Notes under the pieces: model-generated
What the model was told of the DNA's origin: nothing
Databases searched by the model: none
Seen by the model: only the letters and a program-made list of their open reading frames with translations
Shown: positions 28,271-32,000 of the stretch, piece after piece
How the letters are laid out: every line of letters starts with the position of its first letter
Position numbering within the stretch: the stretch's first letter is position 1
Assembly (NCBI RefSeq): GCF_001644705.1
Contig: NZ_CP015137.1
Location: 90,001 to 122,000 of the forward strand
Source of the DNA: Dickeya solani IPO 2222
Lineage (GTDB): Bacteria; Pseudomonadota; Gammaproteobacteria; Enterobacterales; Enterobacteriaceae
DNA length: 32,000 nt
Direction: 5' to 3'
Program-made: the position numbers and the translations under genes

Positions 28271-29383
28271 TTACACGGTCATCGCCGGATAAATGGCGCC
28301 CAGCACGGTTTCGCGGCTGGCGCCGGTCACGGACGGTAAATTGCCGGGCAACCCTGACAGGGTGCGAAACGCCAGCCAGGCGAACGCCAGCGCCTCCATA
28401 TCATCGCCACGGATGCCGAAGTTGTCGGTAGCGCTGACCTCGATGCCCGGCAGACGCGCCGACAGCTGACTCATCAGCAGCGGGTTGCGCGCCCCGCCGC
28501 CGCACACCAGCACCCGTTCGCAGCCGCCGGTCAGCAGCACTTGCCCGGCGATGGTTTCCGCGCTCAGCGCCACCAGCGTGGCCTGCACATCCTCCGGCCG
28601 CAGGCGGGGAAAAGCCGCCAGTTGTCTTTCCAGCCATGCCAGATTGAAATACTCGCGCCCGGTGCTTTTGGGCGCCGACAACCCGAAATAGGGATCGGCC
28701 AGCATGTGGCTCAGCAACGCGTTGTCCACCTGACCGGTTAACGCCCAGGCGGCGTCTTTATCGTATGGCTGCGCCCGGTGGCGCCATACCCAGGCATCCA
28801 GCAGCATATTGCCCGGCCCGGTGTCATAACCTTTTACCGGGCGTCCCGGCACCAGCACCGAAATGTTGGCGATCCCGCCGATATTCAGCACAATTCGTCG
28901 TTCCACCGGGTGCTGCAACAGTGCGTGATGAAACACCGGAACCAGCGGCGCCCCCTGCCCGCCCAACGCCATATCGCGGCGGCGGAAATCGCCGACCGTG
29001 GTGATACCGGTCACGGCGGCGATACGGTTGCAATCGCCAATCTGCAGGGTGCAAGGCGCGTCGCCATCCGGCTCATGCCAGACCGTCTGCCCATGACAGC
29101 CAATCGCGGTAATCTCGCTGGCGCTCAATCCGGTCTGGCGCAACAGCGCCTGTACCGCGTCGGCAAACAGCGCCCCGAGCCGGGTATCCAGTCGCCCCAG
29201 TTCGGAAAGTGTTACGGCCTGGCCTTGATTCATGCTCAATATCGTCTGCCGAATCGCCAGCGGAAGCGGGTGACAGTAACTGGCTTGCTGTGCGACGGTG
29301 TGCTCATCGATGGCGGCCAGCACCACGTCGACACCATCCAAACTGGTGCCGGACATCACACCAATATATCTTCCAGACCTCAT
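28271..29383 (-). CDS. anmK: Anhydro-N-acetylmuramic acid kinase
   Basis: The 370-aa product [31 protein letters not shown]...[21 protein letters not shown]...[25 protein letters not shown]...[19 protein letters not shown] is collinear with E. coli AnmK. Confidence 0.96.
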   Translation of the reverse strand: MRSGRYIGVMSGTSLDGVDVVLAAIDEHTVAQQASYCHPLPLAIRQTILSMNQGQAVTLSELGRLDTRLGALFADAVQALLRQTGLSASEITAIGCHGQTVWHEPDGDAPCTLQIGDCNRIAAVTGITTVGDFRRRDMALGGQGAPLVPVFHHALLQHPVERRIVLNIGGIANISVLVPGRPVKGYDTGPGNMLLDAWVWRHRAQPYDKDAAWALTGQVDNALLSHMLADPYFGLSAPKSTGREYFNLAWLERQLAAFPRLRPEDVQATLVALSAETIAGQVLLTGGCERVLVCGGGARNPLLMSQLSARLPGIEVSATDNFGIRGDDMEALAFAWLAFRTLSGLPGNLPSVTGASRETVLGAIYPAMTV

Positions 29384-29575
29384 CGGATTACCTTTGTTTT
29401 GTAAAATGACCGTCTGTCACGGCATGGCCTCAAATGACCAGACGATTCAGGCACGTTGCCGCTATACTGGATATAGATTTTGTCTTTTTTGTCAGACTGA
29501 TGCCAGCGTAGGTAAAAAATCACCATTTGACACAGTTTTTCAGAAAAAGAGGGCTTCACAGGGAACTTTATAACG

Positions 29576-29592
29576 CGTTTATTATCAATTTA
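29576..29592 (+). promoter_or_regulatory. PhoP-box-like direct repeat upstream of slyB
   Basis: CGTTTA-ttatc-AATTTA compares with the (T/G)GTTTA-N5-(T/G)GTTTA consensus at 5/6 and 4/6 positions. A TATTCT -10-like hexamer lies 12 nt downstream at 29605-29610. slyB is PhoP-activated in E. coli and Salmonella. This is a motif match only. Confidence 0.3.
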
Positions 29593-29727
29593 GGCGCGCT
29601 ATTCTATTCTTAACATCAATTGAAACAGTAGAATGGTGCGCTCGACCACACCATAATGTGACAATAGATAATTCGTCGGCTTAGGCTGCGCCCCCGACAC
29701 AGACACAGCTATAACAGGAGTCTTTCT

Positions 29728-30195
29728 ATGATGAAACGTTTTCTCGTGATCACTTTAGCAGGTATCACACTGGCTGGCTGCGCCAATACCAGCACCCTGT
29801 CAGGAGACGTTTACAGTGCATCCGAAGCCAAGCAGGTTCAGACTGTAACCTACGGCACCGTTGTCTCTACTCGTCCGGTACAGATTCAGGCGGGTGAAGA
29901 CAGCAACGTCATCGGCACCCTCGGCGGCGCCGTATTGGGTGGGCTGGTCGGTAATACCGTCGGTCGCGGTACGGGCCGCAATCTGGCGACAGCCGCAGGC
30001 GCGGTTGCCGGGGGCGTTGCCGGTAACAGCATTGAAGGCGCGGTCAACCGCGTTCAGGGTGTGGAGCTGGAAATCCGTAAAGACGACGGCAGCACCATCA
30101 TGGTGGTGCAAAAACAGGGCGATACCAAATTCCACGCTGGACAACGTGTGGCCATGGCCAGCAACGGCCGCGCCATCACCGTCTCTCCGCGCTAA
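29728..30195 (+). CDS. slyB: Outer membrane lipoprotein SlyB
   Basis: The 155-aa product begins MMKRFLVITLAGITLAGC (lipobox LAGC). TLSGDVYSASEAKQVQ.V.YGT.V..RPVQIQ.G.DSNVIG..GGAVLGG..GNTVG.GTGR.LATAAGAVAGGVAG...QGVELEIRKDDG.TIMVVQKQG matches E. coli SlyB. AGGAG lies upstream. Confidence 0.95.
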   Translation: MMKRFLVITLAGITLAGCANTSTLSGDVYSASEAKQVQTVTYGTVVSTRPVQIQAGEDSNVIGTLGGAVLGGLVGNTVGRGTGRNLATAAGAVAGGVAGNSIEGAVNRVQGVELEIRKDDGSTIMVVQKQGDTKFHAGQRVAMASNGRAITVSPR

Positions 30196-30207
30196 GATTA
30201 GATTATC

Positions 30208-30232
30208 AATCACCACCCATCGGGTGGTGATT
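30208..30232 (+). terminator. Hairpin downstream of slyB (possible terminator)
   Basis: AATCACCACCC-atc-GGGTGGTGATT forms an 11-bp stem 13 nt after the slyB stop. The U-tract that follows is poor. Confidence 0.5.
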
Positions 30233-30282
30233 GTCTAATGTCATCAATTCGGCTCGATATATCCAGATAACTCTAACCACAC

Positions 30283-30452
30283 GATATACTCGTCATACTT
30301 CGCGTTGCAGGTGCGTTGGCTTTTATAGCCGGCCCATCCGTGGGCTTCGCTCCTTTGGGGCCGCGGCAAGCGGCGTACAAGGCTCGTCACTCGCCTTGCC
30401 CTAAAGGGCCATGCGTTGCGTTGTTCAAAACGCGAATTATTTTGAGTATATG
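30283..30452. repeat. ERIC/IRU-like enterobacterial repetitive intergenic element (imperfect long palindrome)
   Basis: The left end GATATACTCGTCATACTTCGCGTTGCAGGTGCGTTGGCT and right end ...TCACTCGCCTTGCC...GCGTTGCGTTGTTCAAAACGCGAATTATTTTGAGTATAT resemble the ERIC consensus ends as I recall them (..TATACTCGTCATACTTCAAGTTGCATGTGCTGCGTTGGCT.. and ..TCACTCGCTTGCCGCC..CTCGAATTATTTAGAGTATA). The termini ATATACTC and GAGTATAT are inverted repeats. The element lies between convergent slyB and slyA. Confidence 0.7.
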
Positions 30453-30500
30453 TTGTCTGGAATTCGAATTCGCCCGCCAAGACATTTACTTTTCTATTAA

Positions 30501-30938
30501 TTAAGACTGGCTCTCATGTAATGCCAAAATGTTTTTTTCCAGCCGGGAGATAATAGTGGCCAACTCATCCACTTCCGCCGGAGTAATACCATTTAATATT
30601 TCGCTGCGCGTCTGATCAATAACGTCATTAACGGCCTGAATGATAGGATCCGCCATATCTGTTAACAGAATACGCTTGGCACGCCGGTCATGGGCACAGA
30701 TGTGCCGGGTAATTAACCCCTTGTCTTCAAGTTGATCCAACGTACGCACCAGCGAAGGCTGTTCTATTCCTATCGCTTTGGCAAGCTGAATTTGGGACTG
30801 CCCCGGAGGCAGTTGGTGAATATTATGCAGTGTGACCCAGTGCGTCTGCGTGAGCTCCAGAGGCTTTAATCGATGGTCAATCAAAGCGCGCCATACACGA
30901 ACCAACCGGGCTAAATCAGAACCTAACGGCAATTCCAT
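30501..30938 (-). CDS. slyA: MarR-family transcriptional regulator SlyA
   Basis: The ATG at 30938 has AAGGAG 5 nt upstream; the ORF-track start is a GTG one codon earlier. The product [77 protein letters not shown]....DRRAKRI.LT is near-identical to E. coli and Salmonella SlyA. Confidence 0.96.
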   Translation of the reverse strand: MELPLGSDLARLVRVWRALIDHRLKPLELTQTHWVTLHNIHQLPPGQSQIQLAKAIGIEQPSLVRTLDQLEDKGLITRHICAHDRRAKRILLTDMADPIIQAVNDVIDQTRSEILNGITPAEVDELATIISRLEKNILALHESQS

Positions 30939-30953
30939 CACTTCTCCTTATAG

Positions 30954-30965
30954 TTAGCATACTAA
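30954..30965. promoter_or_regulatory. SlyA-box-like site (TTAGCATACTAA) just upstream of the slyA start
   Basis: It matches 10 of 12 positions of TTAGCAAGCTAA and lies 16-27 bp upstream of the slyA ATG. It sits at the edge of a very AT-rich 170-bp region. This is consistent with the SlyA autoregulation known in E. coli and Salmonella. Confidence 0.45.
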
Positions 30966-31111
30966 GCAACTTCCCTGGATTGCAATCAACTCTGATTTAA
31001 AACGAAAGTATAATAAAAAACGTCTTATTGTTATCAATCTATTCTAGCAAATAATAATTAATTAAAAATGATCTTGAACTTAATTTATATCATTAAATAT
31101 CACTATGCCGA

Positions 31112-31351
31112 TTAAAACAAGGTAGGTTGATCCGGTTCAGAAGGCACTGCGTTTTTTTCACTTCGCTGCGAACGTTTCATCCTTTGCCGGCACAAACGCA
31201 GCACATCCTGTTTTTGCGCATCACTCAGCGTCCCCCAATTAAAACGCTCGCTGCGGCTGCGAAAACAACCACGACAGAAGCCCCGGTCATCCACCTGGCA
31301 GATACCCCGGCAAGGGTTGGGAACAGGAAAAAGCTCGAGCTGCTCAGCCAC
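31112..31351 (-). CDS. ydhL: DUF1289 family Cys-rich small protein YdhL
   Basis: The 79-aa product MAEQLELFPVPNPCRGICQVDDRGFCRGCFRSRSERFNWGTLSDAQKQDVLRLCRQR... matches E. coli YdhL (MAEQLEFFPV.SPCRGICQ.DERGFCRGCFRSR.ERFNW...). It uses a GTG start with GAGGAGG upstream. Confidence 0.9.
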   Translation of the reverse strand: MAEQLELFPVPNPCRGICQVDDRGFCRGCFRSRSERFNWGTLSDAQKQDVLRLCRQRMKRSQRSEKNAVPSEPDQPTLF

Positions 31352-31615
31352 AGGACCTCCTCATCTGACCTCTTTATTGAAACCTTGATTGCCTTCACTG
31401 GCAAGCTTTCCGTAACGTTAGCGCGCAATTAACTGCCATTTTCCCGCTTATCACGTCTTTTTTTCAGCAAACGTACCTGGAAAGCGGCACCCGGCCACAG
31501 GTTTGGACTCCCCCCGGCAACGACGTTATACTCAGGCCCTGTTGTTTCAGGCGGTAACGGAGCACACCCGGTATCGGCCATGACGGTTAACCCACTGATC
31601 AAAATAGGGGTCATT

Positions 31616-32000
31616 ATGCGTTTACTTCATACCATGCTACGCGTTGGCGACCTGCAACGCGCTATCGATTTCTACACCAAGGTACTGGGCATGCGCCTGC
31701 TGCGCACCAGCGACAACCCGGAATACAAATATTCTCTGGCATTTGTCGGCTATACCGAGGAAAGCGAAGGCGCCGTGATCGAACTGACCTACAACTGGGG
31801 CGTGGAAAGCTATGAACCGGGCACCGCCTTCGGTCATATCGCCTTGGGTGTGGATGACGTAGCGGGCGCCTGCGAACGTATCCGTCAGGCCGGCGGCAAG
31901 GTTACCCGTGAAGCAGGTCCGGTCAAAGGCGGCACCACCGTTATCGCCTTTGTTGAAGACCCCGATGGTTACAAAATCGAGCTGATCGAACGCTCACAGG
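31616..32000 (+). CDS. gloA: Lactoylglutathione lyase (glyoxalase I), 3' end outside the window
   Basis: It is absent from the ORF track because no stop codon occurs before the window ends. The ATG at 31616 opens [75 protein letters not shown]...[28 protein letters not shown], near-identical to E. coli GloA. Confidence 0.95.
   Translation, partial: MRLLHTMLRVGDLQRAIDFYTKVLGMRLLRTSDNPEYKYSLAFVGYTEESEGAVIELTYNWGVESYEPGTAFGHIALGVDDVAGACERIRQAGGKVTREAGPVKGGTTVIAFVEDPDGYKIELIERSQ

Noticed and set aside
30244-30504. Two small ORFs (78 aa on the minus strand, 62 aa on the plus strand) between slyB and slyA.
   Set aside because: Both lie across the ERIC-like palindromic repeat, have no SD or plausible start context, and are explained by the repeat sequence itself.

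Overview
This is a GC-rich Enterobacterales chromosomal segment. The gene content, a KdgR-type operator upstream of kdgT and an ERIC-like repeat suggest a soft-rot Pectobacteriaceae (Dickeya-like) genome; that assignment is inference. I can support 29 protein-coding loci: 26 complete, 2 cut by the window edges and 1 frameshifted. Order: sapD(partial)-sapF-fabI | LysR-type regulator (frameshifted) divergent from a YdeP-family molybdopterin oxidoreductase | rnb | aldo-keto reductase, cstA, kdgT, araD-like epimerase | osmB-yciH-pyrF-lapB-lapA-pgpB-ribA | orphan OppA/MppA-like binding protein | acnA || gstA-pdxY-tyrS-pdxH-mliC-anmK-slyB-slyA-ydhL-gloA(partial). I saw no rRNA, tRNA, CRISPR array, transposase, integrase or phage genes. 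The backbone is housekeeping DNA. As I recall the E. coli K-12 map, it is collinear with two separate regions (sap-fabI-rnb...osmB-pyrF-ribA-acnA, and gstA-pdxY-tyrS-pdxH...slyA-ydhL-gloA) that are fused here, with three small insertions absent from E. coli. I found no convincing novel multigene system in this window. The items worth a second look are small-scale: a 1-nt frameshift splitting the LysR regulator next to the YdeP-like gene; an in-frame 18-bp x3 tandem repeat giving PdxH an N-terminal extension; a canonical CsrA/RsmA-type GGA hairpin plus a possible 22-codon ORF in the 455-bp acnA-gstA spacer; a KdgR box about 240 bp upstream of kdgT, implying a long structured leader; SlyA-consensus-like boxes at slyA and at the YdeP-like promoter; and several short tandem or periodic repeats. 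All regulatory-site calls are motif matches made by eye and are low confidence.
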